Below, piece after piece: positions 1-10,127 of a stretch of 64,000 bases of DNA. The first letter of the stretch is position 1; the number at the start of each line of letters is the position of its first letter. Source of the stretch: an uncultured Halanaerobiaceae bacterium (GTDB lineage Bacteria; Bacillota; Halanaerobiia; Halanaerobiales; Halarsenatibacteraceae); the NCBI GenBank assembly GCA_964436625.1, contig CAYTDP010000003.1:49-64048 (forward strand). The letters are read 5' to 3'. A model generated the notes under the pieces. That model saw only the letters and a list, made by a program, of their open reading frames with translations. It had not been told where the DNA came from and did no database searches. The translations under genes and the position numbers were made by a program.

Positions 1-754
1 TATGACGGCAGGCTTCATCGGGAAAACGCAGATTGCCCTCCGCCCCCTCCGGACCGAAAATTACAGCATTTTCGCGGCTGCCGCCCCGGGCCAGCCCCGC
101 CTTTTTGAGCTCTGCGATCTCGCACTTCAGGACATAGGTTCGGGCCGGTGCCAGTTCCCCAAGATAATCATCCCCGGCGGGTCTAAAAGTACAGCTATCA
201 CGTCCGGGCGGTCTGTCGCCGTAATCCAGCTGATAGGAAAAACTGAGCCCTTTATCTTCCGACGGGAGAGCGCTCAGAGAAACATCTCCATTCTGAAAGC
301 ATATTTCCTCTTTGAGCTGCAAAACCTCCAGAGGCGCATCCAGCTTCCTGCTGCCGCTCTCTGCCATCAGCCGGGCCAGAGGTTCCGCGCTGCCGTCACA
401 GGCAGGAACCTCGGGGCCTGTCATCTCCACGATCAGATTATCCAGACAGAGACCGGCGCAGGCCGAAAGCAGATGTTCAACAGTCCGGACCAGCGGTTTG
501 TCAGGACGGCCCAAAGTAAGAGAACGCCGGGTTTGCAGGGTGTTATCGGCTGCAGCTGAAATTACTGGACTTCCTTCTAGATCAGTCCGGCGAAAGAGAA
601 CACCGGTATCAGCCGGCGCCGGCTTCAGCTGCAGGTGACAATTTTTGCCGGTGTGCAGACCCCGACCACTCAATTCAACCGCGGAAGTGATGGTGGTCTG
701 CCTGCGCGGATATATCAATTCAGCTTCGGCTTTTGTATTTCCGGTGGCGGCCAT
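1..754 (-). CDS. lpxC: UDP-3-O-acyl-N-acetylglucosamine deacetylase (3' end runs off the window)
   Basis: Absent from the ORF track because it has no stop in the window. Manual translation from ATG at 754 gives MAATGNTKAEAELIYPRRQTTITSAVELSGRGLHTG...VEHLLSA...EVPACDGSA...ELAPARTY...LRFPDEACRH, the LpxC zinc-site motifs. Lies directly after lpxD. Confidence 0.95.
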   Translation of the reverse strand, partial: MAATGNTKAEAELIYPRRQTTITSAVELSGRGLHTGKNCHLQLKPAPADTGVLFRRTDLEGSPVISAAADNTLQTRRSLTLGRPDKPLVRTVEHLLSACAGLCLDNLIVEMTGPEVPACDGSAEPLARLMAESGSRKLDAPLEVLQLKEEICFQNGDVSLSALPSEDKGLSFSYQLDYGDRPPGRDSCTFRPAGDDYLGELAPARTYVLKCEIAELKKAGLARGGSRENAVIFGPEGAEGNLRFPDEACRH

Positions 755-767
755 TTTCTAACCCCAT

Positions 768-1832
768 TTAATCTCTCTTATATTCAGCCAGAGTGTTTTT
801 CAATTCTTCAACCTCGCTGCTCAGCTTCTCGACCTTCTCCCTTAAACTGGGCACCCGGCGCAGATGAGCCTCCAGCTTCAGATATTCCCTGTGATTCTGG
901 ACGGGTATGCCTGAGTATATCCCCGGCCCCTTAAGGTCCTTGCTCACCTTGGCCTTGCCGGTAAGAGTAATATCATCTCCTATCTCCAGATGGTCCTCCA
1001 CTCCCACCTGCCCGGCCAGAGTGCAGCTCTGGCCGAGGGTGCTGCTGCCTGCAATTCCGCTCTGACCGGCAATTAGAGTGGCCGGTCCTATCTTTACGTT
1101 GTGAGATATCTGCACCAGATTGTCGATCTTGCTGCCCGCTCCTATTCTGGTCTCCTCTTCGGCCGCGCGGTCCACGGCGGTTAGAGCTCCTATCTCCACA
1201 TCATCCTCAATAATCACCCGGCCCTGCTGGGGCAGCGGATAATGTTTTTTATCTCCGCTGGCATAACCAAAACCATCGCTGCCTATTACAGCTCCGGACT
1301 GAATCTCGACTCTATCACCTATTATTACCTCACCTATAACCCGGACTCCCGGATGCAGCAGACAATCCTCGCCCAGCTCCAGATCGCCAACCAAAAGACA
1401 GCCGGGCGCAATCCTGCTGCCGCTGCCGATTTTTACCGGACCTCTTATTACGGCGCCGGGATGAACCGATACCTCTTCACCCGCCTCGAACCGGGAATCC
1501 ACGCTGGCATCTCCGGCGATGCCGGGCTGGTTATAACGATCATCGGGCATGAGTTCATAAGCTTTAGCATAGGCCAGCCGGGGATTATCGACGAGTATGG
1601 CCGGGGGTTTTTCCTCCAGTTCCCGATAAAGCTCGGGCTGAATCAGAACAAGCCCTGCCTCAGCCTCCCGCGCCATCTCCATATAATCCCGATTCTGCAC
1701 GTAGGTTAGACAGTCTTCATCGACCGCAGCCGCCCCCTTCAACCTGTTTATGGTCAGCCCGGGATCTGTTTTGAGCTCGCCTCCAACTTTTTCAGCAATT
1801 CTGGCCGCGGTCAAATCCCGCTCACTCTTCAT
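768..1832 (-). CDS. lpxD: UDP-3-O-(3-hydroxyacyl)glucosamine N-acyltransferase
   Basis: Hexapeptide repeats plus GSDGFGY, QQGRVIIEDDVEIGA, KIDNLVQISHNV. Start moved from 1889 to ATG 1832 (MKSERDL), which has a GGAGGGAG RBS. Confidence 0.95.
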   Translation of the reverse strand: MKSERDLTAARIAEKVGGELKTDPGLTINRLKGAAAVDEDCLTYVQNRDYMEMAREAEAGLVLIQPELYRELEEKPPAILVDNPRLAYAKAYELMPDDRYNQPGIAGDASVDSRFEAGEEVSVHPGAVIRGPVKIGSGSRIAPGCLLVGDLELGEDCLLHPGVRVIGEVIIGDRVEIQSGAVIGSDGFGYASGDKKHYPLPQQGRVIIEDDVEIGALTAVDRAAEEETRIGAGSKIDNLVQISHNVKIGPATLIAGQSGIAGSSTLGQSCTLAGQVGVEDHLEIGDDITLTGKAKVSKDLKGPGIYSGIPVQNHREYLKLEAHLRRVPSLREKVEKLSSEVEELKNTLAEYKRD

Positions 1833-2256
1833 ATTCTCCCTCCTCAGCCAGCTTTTCCATCTTTTCGGCCACCTCGGCGGTAATATCATCGTTAACTCTG
1901 TGGGCTGCTTCAGCGGTCACTACCGCATCGAATTCTCCCGACTTTTCCAGCTCCTCTATCGCAGCCTCGATTCTACTGTCCAGCTGATTTTGAATCTCCT
2001 CATATTCCTTTTGGTAGCGTATATAAGCTATCCTTTGTTCTTCGGTTTCAGGCTCGCCCCGATCGAGCTGCTGATAATATTCTTCATACTCACCGCTGCG
2101 TTTTTCCAGCTGTCTCTGCAGCTCTTCGGCGGGCTCAGCAGTCTCTATCAGTTCTTCCAGATCGATCTGAGCCACCCGGTATTCAGGCGGCCTCTCACAG
2201 CCCCCCGCTGCCAGCAAAAGCAGCAGAGCTGTTATCAAAGCGGTCAATTTCATCAT
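1822..2256 (-). CDS. OmpH/Skp-like protein, possible lipoprotein
   Basis: Signal peptide ending AAGGC, then VAQIDLEELI start, helical middle and FDAVV...DDITAEV end typical of OmpH; sits between bamA and lpxD. Confidence 0.6.
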   Translation of the reverse strand: MMKLTALITALLLLLAAGGCERPPEYRVAQIDLEELIETAEPAEELQRQLEKRSGEYEEYYQQLDRGEPETEEQRIAYIRYQKEYEEIQNQLDSRIEAAIEELEKSGEFDAVVTAEAAHRVNDDITAEVAEKMEKLAEEGEYEE

Positions 2257-3198
2257 CTATTGCTGCTCCCCTTCCGCCTGCAGTTGAATTCCATAAATAT
2301 TTTGATAATGCTCCTCCAGCTGTTCCAGCTGATCGGTGAAATGTTCTTCCAGCCGGTTTATTTCCGCCGCCAGTTCCGCTGCCAGCTCCTCGGAAACTTT
2401 CTCCATCCTTTCGACCTTATCCCTGCGACGATTTTCTATATCCGTCTCCGCCCTGGCCAGGGTGAACCGGCGAAAATTGTTGAATTCCTGAATCTTGCGC
2501 CCGCTGCGTCTGAGCTGTTCCTGCTGCATTCGACTCTCCAGCTGAGCTTCAACTCGCTCAACCTGAGAGGAAATATCAGTTTCGATCTCCTCCAGACGGC
2601 TCTCAAGCTCCTTACGCCTCTCCTCGGACAGCTCCATAGCTCTGAGCTTTACGTTCAGGCTCAGAAGCTCCGATCTGTATTCCTCTCTGGCCTCCTGGCG
2701 AACCTCATCCAGTATCTCGATCTCTCTGTCGCGTATCTCCCGCTGGAGTTCCTCTATATCCTGTTCCATCTCCCTTTCTCTTTCGGCTATTTCGGTCTCG
2801 GCTTCCGCCAGGCGCTCCTGGCTGTAATTTTCAAATTCCCGCTCGAGTCTATGCTGGAGGCCGGCCAGCCTTCTCTCCTGTCCTCTTTCAATCACATCCT
2901 GGCGGTCAGCTTTAAACTTTTCAAAATTTGCCGCCGTACCTTTCAACCGATCAACACTCTGACTTCGATAAATTCCCAGCATATCTCTATCATCAATTTC
3001 CGGAGTTTCTTCGGCCATTCGGCGGGCCAGCTCACCGGCATCTTCATCCGCTCCTTCCGGAGAAATCCGGCGTTCCGGTCGCTCTATCTCGACAGCTGTG
3101 CTCTGCAGATAAACCGCTCCCAGCATAACCCCCCCGGCTACAACCGCCAGCACCAGGGAAAAGAGAGCATATTTAACCACTTTCGCAAAAATAACCAC
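2257..3198 (-). CDS. Membrane-anchored long coiled-coil protein (OmpH-related?)
   Basis: N-terminal hydrophobic segment then about 270 aa rich in E/R/Q/L; located between two OmpH-like genes. Confidence 0.55.
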   Translation of the reverse strand: MVIFAKVVKYALFSLVLAVVAGGVMLGAVYLQSTAVEIERPERRISPEGADEDAGELARRMAEETPEIDDRDMLGIYRSQSVDRLKGTAANFEKFKADRQDVIERGQERRLAGLQHRLEREFENYSQERLAEAETEIAEREREMEQDIEELQREIRDREIEILDEVRQEAREEYRSELLSLNVKLRAMELSEERRKELESRLEEIETDISSQVERVEAQLESRMQQEQLRRSGRKIQEFNNFRRFTLARAETDIENRRRDKVERMEKVSEELAAELAAEINRLEEHFTDQLEQLEEHYQNIYGIQLQAEGEQQ

Positions 3199-3227
3199 CG
3201 GACTTCTCCTCCTTGATTTGCAGGTTA

Positions 3228-3752
3228 TCAGTCAACCTGTTCTTCCTGTTCCTCCTCGACTTCAGTTTCATCGCCCTCATCACTCTCATATAAGTCCTCA
3301 ATCTCATCCATCACTGCAGGGGTGAGATCATAGCCGCCGTAAAGCACGTTTTCTCCTTCCAGCACGATCTCGAGCCCTTTTTCCTGGGCCAGATCGGTAA
3401 TTATATCCTCTATATCGGCGAGCACACCGGAAATGAGTTCCTCCTCGCGCTGACTCAGCTTCTGCTGATATTCGCGCAGCAGCTCTTCCTGATCTCCCTG
3501 CTCGAGCTCCTGGGCTTCGGCCTCGAGTTCGGCCTGCAGTTCTTCAGCCTCAACATTCAGCTGTTCCTCAGCTTCCTGACGTTCCGGATGCTCTTCAAAA
3601 ACAACCTCGACATCGACAAAAGCTATTCTGCCGGTCAGATCCGGATTTTCATCGCCGGCTTCGAGCGCTGTTTCCGAAAATAACAGTCCTGCTCCCAGAC
3701 CGACTATCAGCACTGCCGCTGTCAAATAAATAAGGTATCTGCGCTGACTCAA
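3228..3752 (-). CDS. ompH: OmpH/Skp periplasmic chaperone
   Basis: Signal peptide, IAFVDVEVVFEEHP start, LAQEKGLEIVL...GGYDLT end; TTG start with GGAGGA RBS; immediately after bamA. Confidence 0.85.
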   Translation of the reverse strand: MSQRRYLIYLTAAVLIVGLGAGLLFSETALEAGDENPDLTGRIAFVDVEVVFEEHPERQEAEEQLNVEAEELQAELEAEAQELEQGDQEELLREYQQKLSQREEELISGVLADIEDIITDLAQEKGLEIVLEGENVLYGGYDLTPAVMDEIEDLYESDEGDETEVEEEQEEQVD

Positions 3753-3832
3753 CTGTCATCCTCCTTTAAAATTATGTTTAATATTTTTGGATCTTCTCCC
3801 CGCTGCCCGGCATATTAAGCTGCTGTTCAATC

Positions 3833-5440
3833 TTAAAAAGCCTGACCAAAACCTATATGAGGAGTGCCGGACCAGTCGTCATCGAAACCATAATCCAGGC
3901 GAATATGGCCAATCGGCGTCGCCAGTCTCACTCCCAGACCGGTGCCGCGCTGCAGATCAAAAAAGTGAGGGGTCGATTCATCGTCATCCCAGACGTCGCC
4001 GTAATCATAAAAAGCAGCTCCCTGAACGGTGTCGGTTATGCCGAAACGATATTCGGCATTAAAAAGCGCCATGTTATCGCCGCGTTTGCGGGAATAACCC
4101 CGCAGAGTGTCAGGCCCACCTATTATGAACTCCTCATGCAGAGGTACATCGGTGTTGCTGATACCGACCTCGCCGCGAAGTGCTATCGAATGGTCATCGG
4201 AAAACCCTTCATGATAGGTGCGGTTGTCAGCCCGGGCTTTGAGATAATCGTCGTCGCCGCCCAGAACATAACCCGCTGTTTCTATGGAAAACCTGTTCAT
4301 AGTACCCGCATCGGGATCGATAGGATGATTGCGGGTATCTCGCTGTACGTAATTGGTCACACTGCGGGTAGAAACCCTCTCATCTATATCGCGGCTGTAC
4401 ATCAGGCCCAGACCGCCGCGCCAGGTATCGGTCAGAGGATGTTCAAAATAGGTTTCCACGCCGCGCACCTGGGTATCTATGCGTTCCTCATCGTAAAGCT
4501 CGATGCCAAACCCCAGCTGAGTCCCATACAATCTCGGTTCCTCAAAGTGAAGATTGTAATGGGTTTCGTCTCCAAAACGCCATTCAAATCCCAGATTTTG
4601 ACCGCGGCCGCGCAGGTTGGTCTCCTCGGCATCAACAAAGCCGAACCAGCCGTCTTCGGAATGATAGCCTGCTCCAAAATTTAATCTGCCGGTGTCGGCT
4701 TCTTCCATCTCCAGGGCTAGATCTGCTTTGTTGGCCTGTTCATCGACCATGCGCAGATCAGGATAAAGATCCTCAAAATATTCCAGCCGGAAAAGTTGCT
4801 GGGTGGCCTGTTCGATCTGTCTCTGATTGAGCGGCTCTCCTTTCTCGAGATTTTCCAGCTCGCGCATGATGACGTAATCGCGGGTTTTTTCGTTGCCCTC
4901 GAGCACTATATCGTTGAGATAACCGGGATTACCCCTGACGATAAAGCGCCCCTCGGGGGTAAAATCTATATCCTCCACCCGGGCCAGAACATAACCGTCC
5001 TCCTGAAAGCGGAAGGCCAGATCCTGCAGACCCCGATTGAGCCTTTCGACGTTTAAAACCTCACCCTTTTCCACGTTCAGCTCCGAAAGAATCTCTTCCT
5101 GGCTGTATATTTCCTCCAGACCGGAGATATCGACTTCGGTAATTTTAGGAAACTCATGTACCCGAAAGAAAGCCACAAGACCTTCAGCCCCGGTCGAAAA
5201 ACTGATATTAACATCCTCGAAATAACCCAGCTCGTAAACTCTTTCCATATCCTCACGCAGCTTATCCCGGTCGTATTCATCGCCGGGTTCGGTGGTTATT
5301 TCAGCCCGTATTTTTTCCTCGGAAATGTTTTCATTTCCCTCTATGACGATTTCAGCAACTCTCTCCTGGCCCTGAACAGCAGCGGTGAAAGAGAGCATTA
5401 AGATGATAGTCACCACTGCCACCGTCAGCTTATTTCTCAT
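3833..5440 (-). CDS. bamA: Omp85/BamA family outer-membrane protein assembly factor
   Basis: Signal peptide (likely start MRNKL at 5440), POTRA repeats (IVIEGNENI, IVLEGNEKTRDYVIMREL), barrel with NLRGRGQ, LRGY loop-6 motif, AEYRF and C-terminal GFGQAF. Confidence 0.92.
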   Translation of the reverse strand: MRNKLTVAVVTIILMLSFTAAVQGQERVAEIVIEGNENISEEKIRAEITTEPGDEYDRDKLREDMERVYELGYFEDVNISFSTGAEGLVAFFRVHEFPKITEVDISGLEEIYSQEEILSELNVEKGEVLNVERLNRGLQDLAFRFQEDGYVLARVEDIDFTPEGRFIVRGNPGYLNDIVLEGNEKTRDYVIMRELENLEKGEPLNQRQIEQATQQLFRLEYFEDLYPDLRMVDEQANKADLALEMEEADTGRLNFGAGYHSEDGWFGFVDAEETNLRGRGQNLGFEWRFGDETHYNLHFEEPRLYGTQLGFGIELYDEERIDTQVRGVETYFEHPLTDTWRGGLGLMYSRDIDERVSTRSVTNYVQRDTRNHPIDPDAGTMNRFSIETAGYVLGGDDDYLKARADNRTYHEGFSDDHSIALRGEVGISNTDVPLHEEFIIGGPDTLRGYSRKRGDNMALFNAEYRFGITDTVQGAAFYDYGDVWDDDESTPHFFDLQRGTGLGVRLATPIGHIRLDYGFDDDWSGTPHIGFGQAF

Positions 5441-5494
5441 CTTTATCCTCCTCAAAGAGTGAACAATTATCATCATTTCGCAACCAAAAAAAGT

Positions 5495-8400
5495 TTAAAA
5501 GTCTAAGCCCATCTCCAGCCCGATAGAAGCACCATCCCAGCCATCAAGGCTCATATCGAGAAATCTGGTGCTGAGTGATATCCGGTCGGTCAGCGCATAA
5601 TCCAGCTTGAGTTCTGTCTCGCGTTCGTCGGTATTAAATTCAGTCTCAGTCTCTATATAAAGCCTGTCGGTGACATTATGACCGATAAACAGGGTGACCT
5701 CTTCGTCCCATCCCAGCTCATAGGTCCTCACTTCAAAGGTATCAAGATCCAGTCTCTCGCGGATGCTGCGCTGCCACTCGAGCAGGCTGGTATGCAGAGT
5801 TTCGCTAATCCAGCGGAAAGCCTCCCGCTGAACCAGACCTCCAAGCGAGCGTTCATCCTCTTCCAGCAGACCACCCACCCCGCCACGGCGGGCCAGCAGG
5901 GTTAAGATCTCCTCTTCTGTCATCTCAGGAACCGAACTGAAGGTGGTGCTGATATTATCAGGGGTTCCATCGATAGTAACTGTTATATCGTTGCCCTCAA
6001 TACGCGTTTCTGCCCGGGCCCTGACCCTGGGAATTACTCCGCGGGCCGAAGAAAATTCAGCCCCGGCTTCCTGGATGGTAAAACGATTATTATAAACAAA
6101 GGCCCACCCGTCGCCGGCATCTATGCTGCCATCCAGTGCGAATTGCTCGCGGTAGGTCAGAAGTAAGCTCCCCTCCTGAATCCTGAATTCGGCATTTTCG
6201 TGCCGGGCAAAATTGTTCTCGCCCGCTTCTATGGTGATCTCGAGCTCTGGACGAAATCTGCCCGGATCGGTCTCACCTGCGTCAGCGGCCATCTCTATCT
6301 CCTCTTCGGGCAGCACAGCCTCCATATTGTCAAATCTCAACTCGCCGGTTATCAGCGGTTCAAGTCGGCTGCCGGCGATATTCACATCGCCTGTAAACTC
6401 AGCGCTGCTTTCCTCATAGGCCAGCGGAATCTCATCGAGTTGAAAGCTGAGATTCCAAAAATCTTCAGCGCTAAAAAGATTTAGACGGCCGCTTCCATCT
6501 ATTTCCCCACCATTCATCTCGGCCGATACATCCATGAATTCCACCGACGACCCGGAAAAATCCAGCCCAAACCTACCGCTGACCGGGCGCTGATCAGGCA
6601 GAGAAAACTCATCCAGATCAATCTCAAGAGAGCCTTCGAGCTCGGGCTCTTCTATATCTCCCCGGCCGGAAACCCGGCCTCGAAATTCTCCTTTGAGAGC
6701 GTTAAGACCGGGCAGAAATTCGTCAGTGACGGCAAAAGGAAAGTCCTCTGCTGCCAGCTCAAAACGCGCATCCTGCCTTTCCTCTGCCAGCGGGACCAGC
6801 GCCTCCAGTTCGAGCCTGTCGCCGGCAGAGGTGATGAATTCCTGATCGAGCTCCAGAATCAGATCCTCATCCAGGCGGGCCAGCCCCTTAACCTCATTGA
6901 TACGATAATCATTGAGAGCAAATCCAGCAATTTCGGTGCTCAGTTCGGCTTCAGGAGCTTCCAGCGGACCTGTCAATCTTCCCGCCAGCTCGACCTCGCC
7001 TTCCAGCTGACCGTATCCTTCCGGCAGAAATTCCGATAGCCTTTCCAGTCTGATATCGCTGCTGGTCAGTTCCAGATCAAAACTGTCGGCAGCAGTGCCC
7101 GTGAGATTGATCCGGCCCCAGGTTTCATCCTCAGCCGCCAGCTGAAGGTCGACATCTGTATTGGGCCGGGGATAGGTACCCTCCATGGAAGCCTGCCCGG
7201 AGACATAATAGGGAAGCTCCATCTCAAGATCGTAACCCAGTTCGGCCAGATAATGATCCAGGCGAAGATCTTCAGCGCTCATATCGATATCAAGTTCGGG
7301 CTCGTCCAGAAGGTTATCGACCCGACCGGACAGGCGAATCCTGCCAGAACCGGGCAGCCAATCTCCTCTATCAACTAAAAGGGCATCGTCCTGATAATGG
7401 GCTTTACCGCTCAACTCACCCAGTTCATGATCCTGCCAGGTGAGTTCGGCAAGTTCAAAGTCGATATCGTACTCAGGATCGGAATAACTGCCGGAAGCGT
7501 TACCCCGGGCGTGACCGATGCCGGATAAATCCTGTTCGAATTCGGGAAGGTGTCGGGAAAGATATTCCAGCTGGTAATCGGAAACACTATAACTCGCGTT
7601 AAAAACTTCCTCCTCAAAAGAACCGGCCAGAGTGAACTCGGCTGACTCTCTCTCCATCGTCAGCTCTTTTATTCGATACGGTTCGCCTGTGCGCCAGTAC
7701 ATATCAGCACTGGCATTGACAAATTCTATCTCTATATCGGGAGCAAAATCGGGAGAGAAAACGGTGCTCTCTGAGCGGGCTGCGGGTATGACCTCCAGAT
7801 CATCGACAGGCCCGACTATATCGACCGTGCCGCTGGCCCGCCCTTCCAGCGGCAGCGCTATTTCGAAGAGATCATTGATGTATTCATAACTCATATTGTC
7901 GACATCCAGACTCAGATCGAGATCCGGAACCCCGGCACTGAAATCTATCGCACCTCCCCCAAAAATCTCAGCTTCACGGCTATCATATACAGCGTTCTCG
8001 ATTTTCAAAACCCTGCTCTCTCCATCAAAATAAAGTTCGCCGCCGCCCTGGCGGACATCGGCACCGTAAATTTCAGCAGCGGGCACGTCCAGCACAGCCT
8101 CAACTTCCGGAGCGGAGATATTTCCCTTCACGCTGCCGGCCAGATCTGCCCTGCCGGTCAATTCAGGTCTGTCGATTTCATGGCCCAATTCTTCGGCGGC
8201 CATTTTTATCTGGGAGGCCAGCTCGTCCAGATCTATCTCATCAGTATCAAAGCTGATATCAAGCATCTCTTCGTCCGGATTATAGCTGCCGGCCGCCTTT
8301 ATAGCCCCCGGTTTCCCGTCAAAACTGAAACTCCCTATCTCCAGCAGGCCATCACCGTACCAGATTTCGGTGGAAAGATCCATCGGAGTCAGACCGGCAG

Positions 8401-10072
8401 CTGATAGCTCGCGCAGATCGGCTTCGAAGCCGATCTGAAGATTTTCGGCAGTTATACCCCGGCCCGAACCCTCAGCGGAAAAGTCAAGCCGACCCGATTC
8501 AGGCCAGCTTCCCGGGCCCGCCTTCTCCGGCAATCCGGGAAGAGTTCTCTCCAGCATTTCAGCTTCGATCCCCCGGCCCGCCAGAGAAAACTCATAAATG
8601 AGATCTGATCCGGACAGGCCGGGTAAAAGATCGAGGAGGGTTTCATCCGAACCGGCCAGGCTCCCCTCGAGCTTTAGTCCGGCCGGTCGGTGATCTGTAA
8701 AATCAAGGTCAGCGCTGTAAAAAACAGGCTCTCCCTGGCGCCAGCTCAGACCGAGCCCGCCGGCCAGAACTTCCTCGCCCATCTCCACATCCGGAGCTTT
8801 GACATCAATTTCCAGTTCCGGAGTGCCCCCGGCGGACACAGCGGCTATTTCGAGCGAGCCCCGGCCCGGGGAGAAATCAGAAATGTCCATTTTCTCAAAT
8901 TTATCGTCGACAAAAAATCCATCGGGAAGCGCTGCAATAAACTGCTCCCAGTCGAGGTCGTGCCCGCTCAAATCAAAAGAAAAATCCTCGAGCGGATCGC
9001 CGATATCGAGAAAACCCTGTCCGGAGAATTCTCCCCCGGCCAGAGAAAAATCCAGCTCCGGGAGCAAGAATCTATCGAGTTCGCTGTCATAACTCCAGCG
9101 CCAGCTGCTGTCCGCAGCTGTGAGAACTTTATCGATTTCCCCGAAAGTTTCCGCCGGAAAATAGCCGATTTTCTCAGCCCCTCCCTCTCCTTCGATCTGC
9201 AGCCTGCTCAAATCCGAGCCGCTGCCCGAAAGAGAGAGCTCTATCTTTTCGGAGAAATCCCCGACATCAAAGACTGCTCTGCCAGCATGTCCGGCTGACT
9301 CCAGTCTCTCTTCGATAAGCGAACCCATCAGACCAGAAACATCAGGCAGCTTAAGCTCGCCATCCAGCTGCCAGCTGTCATTTTTAAGATGGGTGGACAT
9401 TTCCAGCTCTGCAACATCAAAATTGTCCGGTTTAAAAAGCGGATGCTGCAGTCCTGATATGCTGAAATCCCCGGAAAATGCAGCCTCCATCTCATCCCTC
9501 GCGGGACTGTAATACTCCAGCCGCAGATCGGCTGCTTCAAAAGATCTATCACCTTCCTGATAGCTCAAACTGGCCTCACTGATTACCATCTCGGCCCCTG
9601 CAGGCAGAGAGGGGAGGGTATTCCAGATCTGATCAGGGTCCAGATCCATATCCCCAATATCATCTTCATCATCTTCCAGCTGCAGAATCTCACCTTCAGG
9701 ATTTCTTATCTTCACTTCCGGCTGACCGGCGGTGATTACCTCCAGGTTGTCAATAAAAGCCGGCACAAGTTCTATTTCCAGCCTTTCTTCATAAAGCCGT
9801 GATAAAAACCGGCTTAAATCATAATAAATTTCCAGCTCTGGCACCGATAGACTGTAATTTTCTGCCTCTATATCAAGATCCCTTACACTGATGCGGTTGA
9901 GGGGCAGCAGGCTGACCTCCTCATAACTTATTTCAGCCTGCAGCCGCCTTTCCAGACCGGCAGTTATCTGCCGGCCCAGATGATCCAGCTGCCCATCCAG
10001 ATAGGAGAAATAAGGAATGCCCACAGCCGCCGCCAATAGCAGCAGCAAAATAATAACTTTTTTCCAGCTCAT
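5495..10072 (-). CDS. tamB: Translocation and assembly module TamB / AsmA-like protein
   Basis: 1525 aa, N-terminal TM anchor, long beta-repeat body, C-terminal DUF490-like region (FSSVPEMTEEEILTLL; terminal Phe); directly upstream of bamA. Confidence 0.85.
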   Translation of the reverse strand: MSWKKVIILLLLLAAAVGIPYFSYLDGQLDHLGRQITAGLERRLQAEISYEEVSLLPLNRISVRDLDIEAENYSLSVPELEIYYDLSRFLSRLYEERLEIELVPAFIDNLEVITAGQPEVKIRNPEGEILQLEDDEDDIGDMDLDPDQIWNTLPSLPAGAEMVISEASLSYQEGDRSFEAADLRLEYYSPARDEMEAAFSGDFSISGLQHPLFKPDNFDVAELEMSTHLKNDSWQLDGELKLPDVSGLMGSLIEERLESAGHAGRAVFDVGDFSEKIELSLSGSGSDLSRLQIEGEGGAEKIGYFPAETFGEIDKVLTAADSSWRWSYDSELDRFLLPELDFSLAGGEFSGQGFLDIGDPLEDFSFDLSGHDLDWEQFIAALPDGFFVDDKFEKMDISDFSPGRGSLEIAAVSAGGTPELEIDVKAPDVEMGEEVLAGGLGLSWRQGEPVFYSADLDFTDHRPAGLKLEGSLAGSDETLLDLLPGLSGSDLIYEFSLAGRGIEAEMLERTLPGLPEKAGPGSWPESGRLDFSAEGSGRGITAENLQIGFEADLRELSAAGLTPMDLSTEIWYGDGLLEIGSFSFDGKPGAIKAAGSYNPDEEMLDISFDTDEIDLDELASQIKMAAEELGHEIDRPELTGRADLAGSVKGNISAPEVEAVLDVPAAEIYGADVRQGGGELYFDGESRVLKIENAVYDSREAEIFGGGAIDFSAGVPDLDLSLDVDNMSYEYINDLFEIALPLEGRASGTVDIVGPVDDLEVIPAARSESTVFSPDFAPDIEIEFVNASADMYWRTGEPYRIKELTMERESAEFTLAGSFEEEVFNASYSVSDYQLEYLSRHLPEFEQDLSGIGHARGNASGSYSDPEYDIDFELAELTWQDHELGELSGKAHYQDDALLVDRGDWLPGSGRIRLSGRVDNLLDEPELDIDMSAEDLRLDHYLAELGYDLEMELPYYVSGQASMEGTYPRPNTDVDLQLAAEDETWGRINLTGTAADSFDLELTSSDIRLERLSEFLPEGYGQLEGEVELAGRLTGPLEAPEAELSTEIAGFALNDYRINEVKGLARLDEDLILELDQEFITSAGDRLELEALVPLAEERQDARFELAAEDFPFAVTDEFLPGLNALKGEFRGRVSGRGDIEEPELEGSLEIDLDEFSLPDQRPVSGRFGLDFSGSSVEFMDVSAEMNGGEIDGSGRLNLFSAEDFWNLSFQLDEIPLAYEESSAEFTGDVNIAGSRLEPLITGELRFDNMEAVLPEEEIEMAADAGETDPGRFRPELEITIEAGENNFARHENAEFRIQEGSLLLTYREQFALDGSIDAGDGWAFVYNNRFTIQEAGAEFSSARGVIPRVRARAETRIEGNDITVTIDGTPDNISTTFSSVPEMTEEEILTLLARRGGVGGLLEEDERSLGGLVQREAFRWISETLHTSLLEWQRSIRERLDLDTFEVRTYELGWDEEVTLFIGHNVTDRLYIETETEFNTDERETELKLDYALTDRISLSTRFLDMSLDGWDGASIGLEMGLDF

Positions 10073-10127
10073 AACTCTGGGCCTCCCTTAACTACCCGGC
10101 CAGGTTTGAATCCGGAGGAGGCCGAAT

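Noticed and set aside
2-934. Plus-strand ORFs 2-559, 312-638 and 635-934
   Set aside because: Overlap lpxC and lpxD on the opposite strand, which carry clear family motifs.
1750-3216. 488-aa plus-strand ORF
   Set aside because: Antisense shadow of the Glu-rich ompH-like genes (L/F/S-rich mirror); no recognisable motif.
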